From the human T2T-CHM13v2.0 reference genome, Homo sapiens, in assembly GCF_009914755.1 (NCBI RefSeq), contig NC_060947.1: a stretch of 64,000 nt of DNA; one strand, written 5' to 3'. Of this stretch, positions 14,996 through 26,470 are shown one piece after another. Within the stretch, counting starts at the first letter, position 1; each line of letters opens with the position of its first letter. Below the pieces are notes generated by a model. The model was given only the letters and a program-made list of their open reading frames with translations. It ran no database searches and had not been told where the DNA came from. The translations under genes and the position numbers were made by a program.

Positions 14996-16961
14996 AGAGT
15001 GTAAATCGGAATATAAGCATCATGAAGGCAGAAACTTTGTTTTGTACACTATGTTTCAAGACCTAGTCAAAGGCCAAAGCAGTTAGCAGGAGCTCAATAA
15101 ATGTCAAAAATACAAGAAGCAGGCCTTGGAAATCATCTACATCAATGGTTGTGAAATGCATAATAGAGATTTTTACTCTCAATCCTAGATAATATAGGTA
15201 TGTCTTGTATTTTAAAACCATGTGTAATAAGCCATGGTATTAATCTACTTTCTGGGTCACCAAGAATCCTGTTGATCAATTACTAGAGTTCTGAAGTAAG
15301 AAAATGGCTATTTCAACAGATTTTCCTGACATTCAATCCCAGGCTTTCCCTGCCTTTTCATACTGCCTCCACTTTACATGGTCAACTTCCAGTTTTATGG
15401 GATAGATTGGCAAAAAGTGATGAGTATGTGTCCATGCAGGGTCATGTCCATATGGTTGGATAATATTTATCTTGGTCCAAGTGGTCAATTTGAGCAGTCT
15501 GTTGAATATAGAGGTTTAAGGAGAAAAGTCTACGATGCATGAATGGATTTTGGCTAGCACAGTTTTACACATTGTAGGCTTCCAGTAAATATTTGTTGAA
15601 TGAGTAAATAAATGAAATGTGAACTTGGGAGCCTCAAGAAAATGCAACCAAAGGCATAGCCTTCCATTATTTCTCTACACTTACATATTTTTAAAGTAGT
15701 GCTGGAAATCAGTTTCATAATGGTCTTTGAAATTCATGTTTATTACTACTGTATATTTTTGAAAATTAACATAACTTTATTGGAGAATATTTAGAAAGTA
15801 GTTATGAATTGCCACCATGTGACCAAAGACAGAACTGCAGCATAAATTTAGTTGACAAGGGAAAGTGGCAAGCAGATAGTATAGAGAGGGGAAGCTTCTT
15901 AGCCAGGACCCACAGAAATCTGACACTTTACCAGGTTATTCTTAGAAGTAAGATGAAACAGGTAGCAAATGACGAATTGGAAGAGCTAACAGCCCCTATA
16001 TCAGCTAAAGCAAAAGGAGAAACGGAATTATACTGTTTTCAACTTTATGACTATTTTTCTAATTATAAAAGCTCCACACGCTCACTGAAAAGAATAAAAC
16101 TGGAAATACAGAGGATGAAGATGAAACTATAAATTTCCTATAATAATGTCACCTAGAAATATCCACTTCAAGTATTTTGATATTTATCCTTAAACTGTGT
16201 GTGTGTGTGTGTGTCTGTGTCTGTGTGTTCTGAAGTAGGTTTTTTCCATGTTAATGATATATTTCTATATTATATTTTGCAATTCATGTTAGTTAAGATT
16301 TTTCCTCATGATTTGAAATTTTTCTGGCAGGTAACTAAATAAAATGGAAATGTGGAGGGAATTTTTTTTCTCATCCTACAATAAATAACAGCATCGGAGT
16401 GCATAAATAATGTAAATATTTATAGAATTCAATTATTGTTTTTCAATTCCAAATGAATGACCATTATTATATTTAGCTTATATAAAAGTTGCTTCTTTTA
16501 TGCAAGAAAGAAGATTGGATGAAAGGAATGAGATTAGGCTTTTGCTTTAGAAGGTTGGCATGGGGTCAAGAAAGCACAGACTTTTTCAGTTCCTATTTGA
16601 GTATTATGTTAATATCATCTGATGACAATGATGATGACGATGACGCTGAGATAATGATGACTGCAGATCTAACATTCTCTGAAGGCCTATTATATGCCAG
16701 GCATTTCATACAGTTTCCTGCATTTACTTCTCACAATACAGTCTTGTAGGTTATATATGGTCATACTCATTTTATAGATGAATGAACCAATTTGACCTCA
16801 CACTTCTTATGAGCAGGAAATCCAATTCTTTTGCTATTATATTGGGTCCACCCTTTTAGATGACGGACTTCCAGGGCAAAGTAACTGATTATGTCAAATC
16901 TTCTCATTATGTGACCTGTCCCCAACCAGAATCCATTGAATATTCACTGAACACCATCCCT

Positions 16962-16996
<35 letters not shown>
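16962..16996. repeat. (TGA)n trinucleotide repeat
   Basis: About 11 perfect TGA units. Explains the poly-His ORF at 16907-17107. Confidence 0.9.
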
Positions 16997-18653
16997 CTGT
17001 TGACAGCAATGATGGTGGTAGAGAGGACATTTTCTGTTTGACCTAAGAGTCTTATGTCTGGGGGCTACATGAATGGCCAGGTCTCTCAGAAGGTAGTTAT
17101 CCTCCAAGAAAGAGGATAAATAATTTACACAAGGTCACATACCAATAAGGAGAAGAGCCCAAATTGGAACCCAGGTTTATCCGACACTACGGCCATATAC
17201 TTAAATCACTTTTTTCCTTCCTAAACCCAAGGATTTGAATTTCATCTTTGTCTTATTGTTCAAACAATCCTTTAGGCTGTCAGAAATTTGGTAATGTTTC
17301 CTCAGATGACAGACCTAAAGAGCAAGGCTCATAGTTGGATTACTTTCTGCATGATCAACGCCTTAAAAAGGCATCTTCACACCAATTCAGTTTGACTGTC
17401 CTGACCCCCAAGTCGTGAGCTGGGCCTGCAGTGCATGTGGGTTTTCAGATAGGAGGGGACACCCGTTTTCTCCTGAGTTATAAGACCACATGTCTTTACA
17501 AGTTCCCTTTACCTGGGGTCTCCTGTGCTTCAGGGCCTGGGCTGGCTCAGGCATCAGATGCACTGCACCAGGAAGACACAGAGCTAAAGTCCTTGCAGAA
17601 CCAACCAAACAGGCCAGGGCACATCGAGGCCCTTCTGGGAGTCTGTGCAAGGTGGGTGGGAGAGGGATGGGTGAGGTTTTGTGTGCTGTCTAACTCTGTT
17701 TTTGCCCCAGTTGTCTTGTGGGCTACTTCACCGAACTCTGAGAGAAGGGTCAGCCCCTTCTGCTTCAACCCCAAGTTACCTGGTCAGACCTGTTCAGACC
17801 TGTTCAGACATTTGCTTGCTCAAAGATTATCCCAACCAATGTTTTCAACTGGGAAGTTATGGAGCTTTTTCTTTTCCCCTACAAAATGTTCCCCAGAAGA
17901 GAAAGGGAAAAGGAGGGAAAGGCAAAGTGCTCTGACCTGAAATAGGACAGTCATCCTCCTCCACATGTGTATGTCCAGGATAGCCTGGCCATTAGCCTTA
18001 GGAGAACCTAGTACCTGCTGCAGACTGGAGTGGAGGGACAAAGTCAGAAGTGTTGCTTGGGCCAACCCTTTAACATCCTGTCTGAGCACCACCCTCTGGG
18101 GGCTGTGCGGAGGATTTATCCTTTCTCGTAAAACTGGTTCCGGTGAACCTGGAACTTTATCTCACTCCAGCTAGAATTCCAGTTTGACTAGCGCCTATCA
18201 GGCTGCCATCACCTTGAAGAATGGTCTGGAGACATGAAGATTCCCTGCAAATGACATCATACAGTGAAAAAATAGAAACAGAAGAAAGCCAAGGGCGCAG
18301 GGTTGGCTCAATTATTTTTTGAGATGATTACTAAAAGAGAATTTTGAATTTATTTCTGATACATTTTACTCATATTGGAAGGAGGCAATGCATGGCTAAA
18401 CATGGTGTTCAGTCAATAAAAAGGCATCTTATGTTACATTCCTCCCCCTAGCTTTTTATCTTGTCTTTGTTAACACGAACCTTTTAAATTTTATGTATAG
18501 ATGTGTCCATCTTTTCCTTTAAAAATTCATACTTAAAACAATAAATGCTTGTATAGGCCTTCTATTTCCTGAATGTCAGTAAGCACTCACCAAGATTTCC
18601 TGCCAATTATTTTATAGTTAATATTTGTAATAATGAAAAGCATACTGTATTAC

Positions 18654-18820
18654 TAGTGGTTCTCATTCTTCAGTCCATATCATTATCACCTGGAGGAGTT
18701 TGCAAGCTATAATTTTACAGTCTACCTCCAGAATGTGGGTCAGTGGGCCTTATGTGGGGCCCAGACATCAGCATTTTCAAGATGCTCCCCAGCAGATTCT
18801 GATGCAGGTGATTATGTGAG
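18654..18820. mobile_element. MER5-like hAT DNA transposon remnant
   Basis: tagtggttctca...atcacctggag...gcattttcaagatgctcccca...gattctgatgcaggtg. Confidence 0.6.
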
Positions 18821-19991
18821 ATACTTTTATAATAAAACATTTAGAGTACAATCAATTCTCTGCCCTGTTTCTTCTTGGAATTGCTTGTCATAACTCTAGA
18901 GAACTAAAGACTTGTAGATTATTCAGCGAGTAACCTAATTTGGACAAACCTACTAGCTCTTAGTAGCAATCAAAAAATCAATTAAATATTAAAACACAAT
19001 GTGCCAGTTAAACACATACAAGTATTCATATGTGGGATACCAAGAGGAAGAGACAGTCTTTGCTTGTTCTACAGGGGAAATATAATCTCTAACATTTATA
19101 TAGTAGCATTCTACTTCAAGTACATTTACAAGGTTCTTACTGACTTTGAAAGTTTTTTTTAACCACAGGTCAACAGAAGAGATGGAATTAAGCGGACTGT
19201 TCCTTAGATCTGTTCCCTGCATCACTTTGTGCAATTTATATATGTTCCCCAGCAGTCTTCCGAACCAGTAAGTCAGGCCTGCCCAGGAGCCTTCAGGAAG
19301 AGATCATCCCACGAGGACAAAACCTCATTCCTTAGACTTAGAGCAAAAACTGTGATTACAACAGGTCTTTGACTCAAACTTATACCCCAGTCCAAATCCC
19401 AAATGGAGTCATCACATCTGACTCCTATGGAGAAGAAGGGTCTTGTGATTGAAAACAGAAGGGTTATTTTGCTAAGGGCTCTGAAAGACCTTGTGGCCCA
19501 AGCAACCCTAGAGAAGTCCCACCTGTGTTAAGTGTCACTATAAAGCAGAGAGAAGCTTTAGAAGACAGTGAAAGTTCAACCTACTGAGGACTCCAGGGAA
19601 CTCGGTGGGGTTTTGGCCCTCAAGGACTGCAGTGCATCAGCAGTAGTGGGGCCAGCAGGGAGCACAGCACTCAGCAGAAGAGGCAGCAGTGTTGGGCAGG
19701 CATGGCAGGAACCAGGGGAAGAGACAGGGTTCAATAGCAGAGGACTGATAGGTAAGCCCCCACCTCTGCCTACTGGACTTGATCCTGAGTACAAGTTGCA
19801 TCATGCCAGGCCCTCCCTTAAATATTGGTGCTTCTATAGTGGGTTGGGATTCCGTATGCACAGGTGGGAACAAGATCTCACTGAGCACAGCTGTTACTGC
19901 CTCATTTCTTCCCCACTGCAGCCCTGTGAAGCAAATATTTTCCCCATGAAAAGACTGAGTCTTAAACGTGTGTATCTGTAATAATTGCCAG

Positions 19992-19997
19992 TTTATT
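19992..19997 (-). terminator. Candidate polyadenylation signal AATAAA of TCEAL8
   Basis: tttatt on + (AATAAA on -), about 600 nt past the stop codon. Confidence 0.55.
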
Positions 19998-20603
19998 CCT
20001 CTGGCTAAGAGATCCAGAGGTAATTTGAGGTTTACATTTCTTTTTAAAGTTCTTTCATCAAGAGTTTAGGTGCCCCCATTGCCCTCATAAGCTGGTTGCA
20101 AATTATTTGACTCTTACTTGTAAAAAAAATCCTTAATTCTTTTTGTGTGTGAGACACGTGTTCATTAAAAAGTACATATAAGCAAAAAGAACAAAAAGAA
20201 GAAAACAAATAAAATTTCACACCACACAGAAATAAGCTTGGTTAAGTTTGTGATATATGTTATATGGATGTATGTATACACACACGCACACACACAAAGT
20301 TTGGAATTTTATCCTACATATGTGAGCTGATATTAAATATGCTGCTTTGCCATAACCTGTTATGTTTTACTTTACAACATGGAATGAACATATTCCCATG
20401 CAAATGTGTGAAAGTTTCCAATTGAAAAATAGACCTGGAAAATGGGTCAAAATCCAAAATCCAATGAGATGCTGGTACCAAGGAAATTACCTAAAACAAA
20501 ATTTCATCAGATGATTAAAAGTAAAATGGAGGTCAAAGATACATCAGAAAATGCTAACAGAAAGAAAGCTGGGGCCAGATTTTAATATTAGGCAAAAATG
20601 AAT

Positions 20604-20957
20604 TCAAGGCCTAAAGCACACAGGATAAGGACGGCTGCGTGAATGTCTTTGCTTCCAATGCATCATCACAAACTTGTTTCTTACTCTTCTTATCTCTTCC
20701 CTAAGCCTTTCAAGCTCATCTACTCCTCTTATCATTTCTTCAGGGTCCAAATGCCTAACGGGTGTGTCCTCTTTAAATCCCTGGCCAGGCTGATTCGGCC
20801 CTCCTCTGGGGTTTCCTTCTGCTTCCTGGCTTACGCCTTCTTCGGAAGGTTGAGGATTTCCTTCTGCCTCCTGTGGTACATCCTCCAAAGGGCGATCTTC
20901 CTCGGCCTTTGGCATGTTCTGTGGTTTTCCCTCATTTTCTTCACAAGACTTTTGCAT
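20604..20957 (-). CDS. TCEAL8: Transcription elongation factor A-like 8 (117 aa, BEX/TCEAL family)
   Basis: Intact single-exon ORF MQKSCEENEGKPQ...MHWKQRHSRSRPYPVCFRP, recognised as TCEAL8. Splice acceptor ttccttgttttctag| at 20996/20995. Confidence 0.95.
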   Translation of the reverse strand: MQKSCEENEGKPQNMPKAEEDRPLEDVPQEAEGNPQPSEEGVSQEAEGNPRGGPNQPGQGFKEDTPVRHLDPEEMIRGVDELERLREEIRRVRNKFVMMHWKQRHSRSRPYPVCFRP

Positions 20958-21582
20958 ATTGAGTATTTTTTATTTCCTTTTTGAATAAATTAATCCTAGA
21001 AAACAAGGAAACAAAACTACTAGATTCCAGGCAAACAGACCAGCAGTCAGAGTATGGGGTCCCATAGCGACTGGCCTTTTTTGACTCAGTACCCTAATTG
21101 TCAAAAGTTTTCCAACTAGAGAAAGCTGGATCCTCAGGCTCAGAACTCCCCTGACTCCACCTCCCTTCGCGCCCCCTTTCGTTCCAGCTCCATCTTTCTC
21201 CTCCTGCTCCTGCCCACCATCTTCCCAGCAGGCCCTGCTACAAGCCTCTCCTAATACTGAAATGGGAGCAGTACGGAAGCAATTAACCCTTCTCCCGCCT
21301 CTGGTCTCCAACACTCCCGCCCTTCAGACTTTCCCAGGCCCTCTCAACCTCCAGCCTCTCACCTGAGACGGCTGGTCCAGTCTCTGGCCTCCCCTCCCCC
21401 TTCAGCGTCTCTTAAGCCTCCTCCTCCCCCGCCTCATTTCCGCTGCAGGCTCGGCACCGGCCTCTGGCACTTAATCCGGATGGGGAGGGGCTGCTGCGAC
21501 CCCAGGATGTGCTTTGGTGTCACTCACACTTCCACCCCCACCCGAAGAGACCTGAAGCAATTGCACCTTTACAAAAACTGAC

Positions 21583-21655
21583 CTGCAGGGATTCAGGGGA
21601 TTTTCCTCTCTCTTCCCTCACCTCGATTTGTGTCGCGCCCAAAAAACCAAATATC
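21583..21655 (-). other. TCEAL8: Predicted TCEAL8 non-coding exon 2
   Basis: Acceptor atctgtctgcag| and donor cag|gtcagt. Confidence 0.7.
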
Positions 21656-22055
21656 CTGCAGACAGATGGGAGTGTTTGGTGAGCAGACTAGTACCTGGAT
21701 CACGGGTCCCTTTCATGATTCTAGGCCATGTTGGTGTAAAGTTTCCCATGTCCTCATCCTCGCCCTCCTTTTATGGCAACCCCGCCCTCCTCCGTGCCCA
21801 CCGTTTTTCTGCAAGCAGGGAGTAGGAAAAGCAAGTTTCTTCCAAACAGTTTCTATGTCTCTCTCTCAGGACCCTTAATTAGCTACCCTTCTCTCTCTCC
21901 ACCCGCCATCCCCCACCAAACAGCCCCAAATTTCCTGCACAAAATGGGAGTTTGGCGGAACAGAAGTGGGGAAAGCAGTGCCGGCCCCGCTTGCTTTCTG
22001 CTCTCGGCCTCCTCGACCCCAGGGTCTCCAAGTCAGCGCCCACGTTTATACTAAC

Positions 22056-22160
22056 CTGAAAGGATCTTGGGCACTTTTCTCCTTCTCCAGCAATAAGGAG
22101 CTGCTACAGGGAAACAGGCCCTGGACTATAAGGACTTCTGCACACGTCGACTCCTGGTCA
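22056..22160 (-). other. TCEAL8: Predicted TCEAL8 non-coding exon 1 (TSS approximate)
   Basis: Donor ttcag|gttag at 22056/22055. Lies next to the conserved promoter motif in a CpG-enriched region. Confidence 0.55.
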
Positions 22161-22280
22161 CGTGAGAGTCGCGTCATCACTGAGCTCGAGTCCCCAGTTA
22201 CCCCTCCCATTAACACTGCAGCCCGCCCGCTGCGTTCCCTCCACTTGATACTGTCAATCTTTTTTCGTATTTGCCAATCG
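22131..22280 (-). promoter_or_regulatory. TCEAL8 promoter: GGTCACGTGA E-box and CCAAT box
   Basis: CACGTG at 22159-22164 in a block shared with TCEAL5 and the 8.5-10 kb paralog. CCAAT at 22274-22278. Confidence 0.75.
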
Positions 22281-23749
22281 GAGACAATAAACTGTTATCT
22301 TCGCCCTGGAGTATTTATTCGCCTTTCTCAGATTACCAGGAGGATCAGCCTTTTAGGGGTAATCGACCATTTCTCCTTCTTTGAGGAATCATCTCTTTCT
22401 TCTGCTCCCAATACTCCCACCTCCCCTCCTCCAAGACCCCTACAGTCCACCATTTCCCCTGGAATCCTATCCAGCATTGAAATGGGCAAAGGTGGTAGAT
22501 CGGGAAGAGGGGGCTGGAAAAGAATCTAAGGTTGAAAGTGGAGGATTTGACTAATCCTCTTGAATAGTTTTCTGTTGTGTTCTATGTTTTCAGCAATCAG
22601 CATACTTTTAAAAATGGTATCAGAAAACGGATGCCTCATAAGCAATATGTAACACTTAATATGAAGGACAAATTAGTTATATCAATGTGTAAGACTTTGG
22701 AAAAGTTTTCTAATGGCTGGAAATGAAATGACAATATTCACAACATATTGATGTGTTAGAATTTTTTAAAATCTTACCAAACAGCACTTAAAAAATTGAC
22801 TCCCAAATTAATGTGTGGAAGGAGGCCTAGTTTTCTCTTGTTAGCAATTTTGTATAGGTAATCTACTACTCTTTCTATTTCTGGCAGAACTCAAGTTATC
22901 AAGTGTTGGATGTCTGATCTTTTTCACTGATGACCACTGGTGGCATCCACTAAGGTTTCACTTGGAGGCTTCAGACAGACTTCCTCCCCATTTCCTCTAT
23001 AGGATTCAGTATCTTGTTAATCAGATAAGTCCACAGAAAAGCCTGCTTTCCACTGAGTAAAATTCTTTTGGAACTCAAAGTAGTATGTTTCTTGGAAAAC
23101 ATTTCGTTGTTGGGAAATAACTCATACACTCATGAAACACTCAGAAAAGAGAATTCTCTGTATCTCACCATCAGGCTTGAGGCTTCTTTGCATGGCATTT
23201 TCATTCATGGCACTCTTGAGATAGTCTGGTATCATCCACTGTGTCCCATTAAAAGAACTATTGACATGCATAATTGTTATGATTAGAAAGCAAAGAGAAC
23301 AACATTGCTGTAAAAAATAATATTAAACAGGAAACTGATATCCCTGCAACTCAGAATCCACTGGTACTTGGAAGGATGGTGGTGCCTGGAGTGGCATTCT
23401 GGCCAATGGAGCCAGCTGGAGAGTCAGAAGAAGACAGAGGGGGTCTTTTGTCTAGGGTGGTCACAGCAGGATGCCTTAGCCAACAAGAACACCCACCAGA
23501 GAAGAGAAAAGAAGGTTTGGAAAAAATAAATATTTTTTGGACTTAATGATTTATAGTTGAAGCATGACAAATTTCTTCCACACTTGAGGGATAAATGTTC
23601 TATTGTTTGAGAGAGAGCTTTTAATATAAATATAACTAGCAAATTATAAAGATTTAATCATTGCCTATCACCAAATGTTTCCACTCTTTTAAATGTAACC
23701 ATTTAGTGAGGAACAACTCTGATCTTTTAAAAGAAAAATCATCAGCAGC

Positions 23750-24212
23750 AAAATGGACTTTGTGTGTGTGTACACTTCTATGAAGTTTAACCAATGTATA
23801 GATTTGTTTAACCACCACTGCAATCAGAATACAGTTCAATCACCCCCAGAAACTCCTGCATGCTGTCTCTTGTAGTCCTATTTGACTGCCTTCCCTAAAC
23901 TCTGGCAACCACTAATATATTCCCCATTACTACACTTTTGTCTTATTCAGAATATTATGTAAATGATTTCATTTTTCAATTTTTGTGCACTGGCTTCTTT
24001 TGGGACTGGCTTCTTTCACTCAGCATAATGCCCTGGACATCCATTTGAGTTGTTGCATGTATCAATAGTTTATTCTCTTTTTTGCTGAGTAGTATTCTGT
24101 TATTTAGCTATTCCACAGTTTGCTTATTCATTCACCTGCTGAAGGACATTTGAGTTATTCCCAGCTCTAAGCAATTATGAAAAGAACTGCTGTAAACATT
24201 CATGAACAGATT
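23750..24212 (-). mobile_element. Old L1M 3' fragment
   Basis: 'ctggcttctttcactcagcataatg', 'catccatttgagttgttgcatgtatcaatagtt' and 'ctgctgtaaacattcatg'. Confidence 0.75.
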
Positions 24213-24761
24213 TAGGCCATTGCTTCACTTCTGGACTTCCTGCCTCCAGCGCCTCCCTCTCTCCCTTTAATCCACCTTACACATTACCTTGTCCCTGCTT
24301 TCAACAGTCATTCTCCTGCTCAGTGACCCTGGATGGTAACCGCACCACTCACCAAGTAAATCCTATACTCCTTATCTTGACATTCAGCCTCCATCAGAAT
24401 TGAACCTCAGGACATGTTTCTAGCCTCATCATCTCCTTCTCTGCCCCATCCAAAATAAACCCTTACTTCATTGTCTACAGAAGCAGTGAGATCAAATTAA
24501 AAATTAAAAACTAATAATAATAAACAACCCTTAGTCACTGTGCCCAAGCATGCCTTATACTTCTCTCTTTGTCCTTGTTCGTCATTATCTTGTTCCTGAT
24601 TGCCCTCCTCTTCCTCCTAGATCCTGGTGCTGCTCATTCTTAGAGGTCAAGACCTAATCACCCAGCCTCTGAAGCTGGAAGTGATCTCTCCCTCCTCTGT
24701 CATTGCTGCACATGAAATCTGCACCCTTCGTGTAACCCTTAACAAAGGTTACCTTGTACCT

Positions 24762-24765
<4 letters not shown>

Positions 24766-24802
<37 letters not shown>
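24766..24802. repeat. (TG)n microsatellite
   Basis: About 18 TG units. Confidence 0.95.
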
Positions 24803-24804
<2 letters not shown>

Positions 24805-26317
24805 GGGGGTGGAGGGTATCTAACCAGGAAGATGGTCAGATGTGAGTTGAGGGTAGGGAGCAAGGATCAGGCTCCAGCTATTACGCTTCTTTAGTGGCTC
24901 TAGTAATGTTAAACAGTGGGTCTCTCAGAAATCTCAGGGTCTCAGAAAGAGCTGTTTGCCATTTGGCTCACAGACAAACTTCATTTTGCTTGCACAAAAT
25001 TGAAGCAGAAGTTTCATTGTACTCTCCTTTACTTATTCTGCTTTACATATAGCCACAGCAATATTAATACCATGTTTATGGAGCTATTGGCAAAGGTTAT
25101 TGACCTTGTCTTCCTAAATACTCACAGTAGAGATTAGTTAGCTCACTGGTACACACCTGACAAAGAGCCAGGTGATACAGGCCTTCACCTTCATCCTTGT
25201 TCCGGGGCAATTTCAGTGTGTCAATACAACACTCAGCTACCTTTGAAATTAAGTCAATCAGAGTAGATTTTAAATATAAGTAAATTTTTGAAAATAGCAT
25301 TCTACTGAAGTAAAAACTATCTTTTTAAAAAGGAAAGAAAAAGGTGTACACATTAATTTTAACAATAAGGATATGAATTCTGGAGAGTAGAAACCCTGGG
25401 CCTCTGAGCCAATCAATGTCCTGTTTTTGTGCACCAAGAGAGCACTAGAGATAGTTCCAAAGTCCAAAGTCCTTCAGGTTATGTGAGAGGAGGAGAAAGC
25501 AGTCAGCATTTTACCATTTGAGTATCCAGAAAGCTCTTATATAAGACTATAGTATCCAGAATATTGTTTTCTATGTTCCTTCCATAGTCTTGTGTTCTGA
25601 TACTCTATATTTAGCAACTCCTCCTGCATTTTTTTTCATTGCTCTTTCAAAGGTCATCCCATAGAACTTGAGCTGACCATTCTTATCTATCACTTCTTTA
25701 GCATGATCTGTACGGCTTGAAAGCATCACTCCTTACATAGCAAAGTCTTCCCCAGATCCAAAGTTTTAGCTACCAGATCCTAAGGTGTGCACTCCAGCAG
25801 CCTCCATCTGAGATGATTTGCCCCTTCAGAATGAAAGCAGATTCAGCACATTCCATCACTTTGCACAACCAAGGGTAGTCCACCAACGTTTTGGCGCAAC
25901 TAGTACACACAGAGCCTGGGCTTATATCTACTTAGATTGTTTGTGCTCCAGAAAGAAGAAACTCTTCTGCCATCCTCCGTCACCACATTCCCTGACATAA
26001 TGGTATGTTTTTCAAGTTTGGCAACAATACATTTCACAACGTATCTGGATATTCTGCAAAATATCCAGAATAGTCACTGGCCACATTTAGGTAAGTGAAT
26101 ATAACTTGAAGCACAGCTTGTATGATACTTATGATCTTTTCCACATGATTCTGTACACTGCCTGAACTCACAGCTAAATGCTGCATACATTGTAGATGAT
26201 TGTGACGTGAAGTTTCTAGTTATCCAGAACATAATGCTTATGAATTGCTATGAACCTAAAGTGCTGTGTCATAACTACTGCCATTTCAAATGTCCCTGAG
26301 TGGGTTTACTTGGACTT

Positions 26318-26470
26318 ATTTTTCTGAGACAGAGTTTCACACTGTTGCCCAAGCTGGAATGCAGTGGCATGATAACAACTCGCTGCAGCCTTAACCTGCT
26401 GGGCTCAAGCCATCCTCACGCTTGTCCTCCCAAAGTGCTGGAATCACAGGCCTGACCATCATGCCTGACT
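26318..26470 (-). mobile_element. Alu fragment (AluJ/FLAM-like, internally deleted)
   Basis: tgagacagagtttcacactgttgcccaagctgg...ctgggctcaagccatcctc...cccaaagtgctgg. Confidence 0.75.

Noticed and set aside
16907-17107. ORF with a poly-His run
   Set aside because: It is the (TGA)n microsatellite read on the minus strand.
17431-17940. 169-aa ORF with several overlapping ORFs in a moderately GC-rich patch
   Set aside because: Non-ATG start, no recognisable homology or gene structure. The only structure seen is a 10-bp microduplication (cagacctgtt).
21966-22529. 187-aa plus-strand ORF over the TCEAL8 promoter (and 43192-43752 / 43321-43806 over the TCEAL5 promoter)
   Set aside because: Chance ORFs in GC-rich promoter DNA. 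They are not preserved between the homologous promoters.
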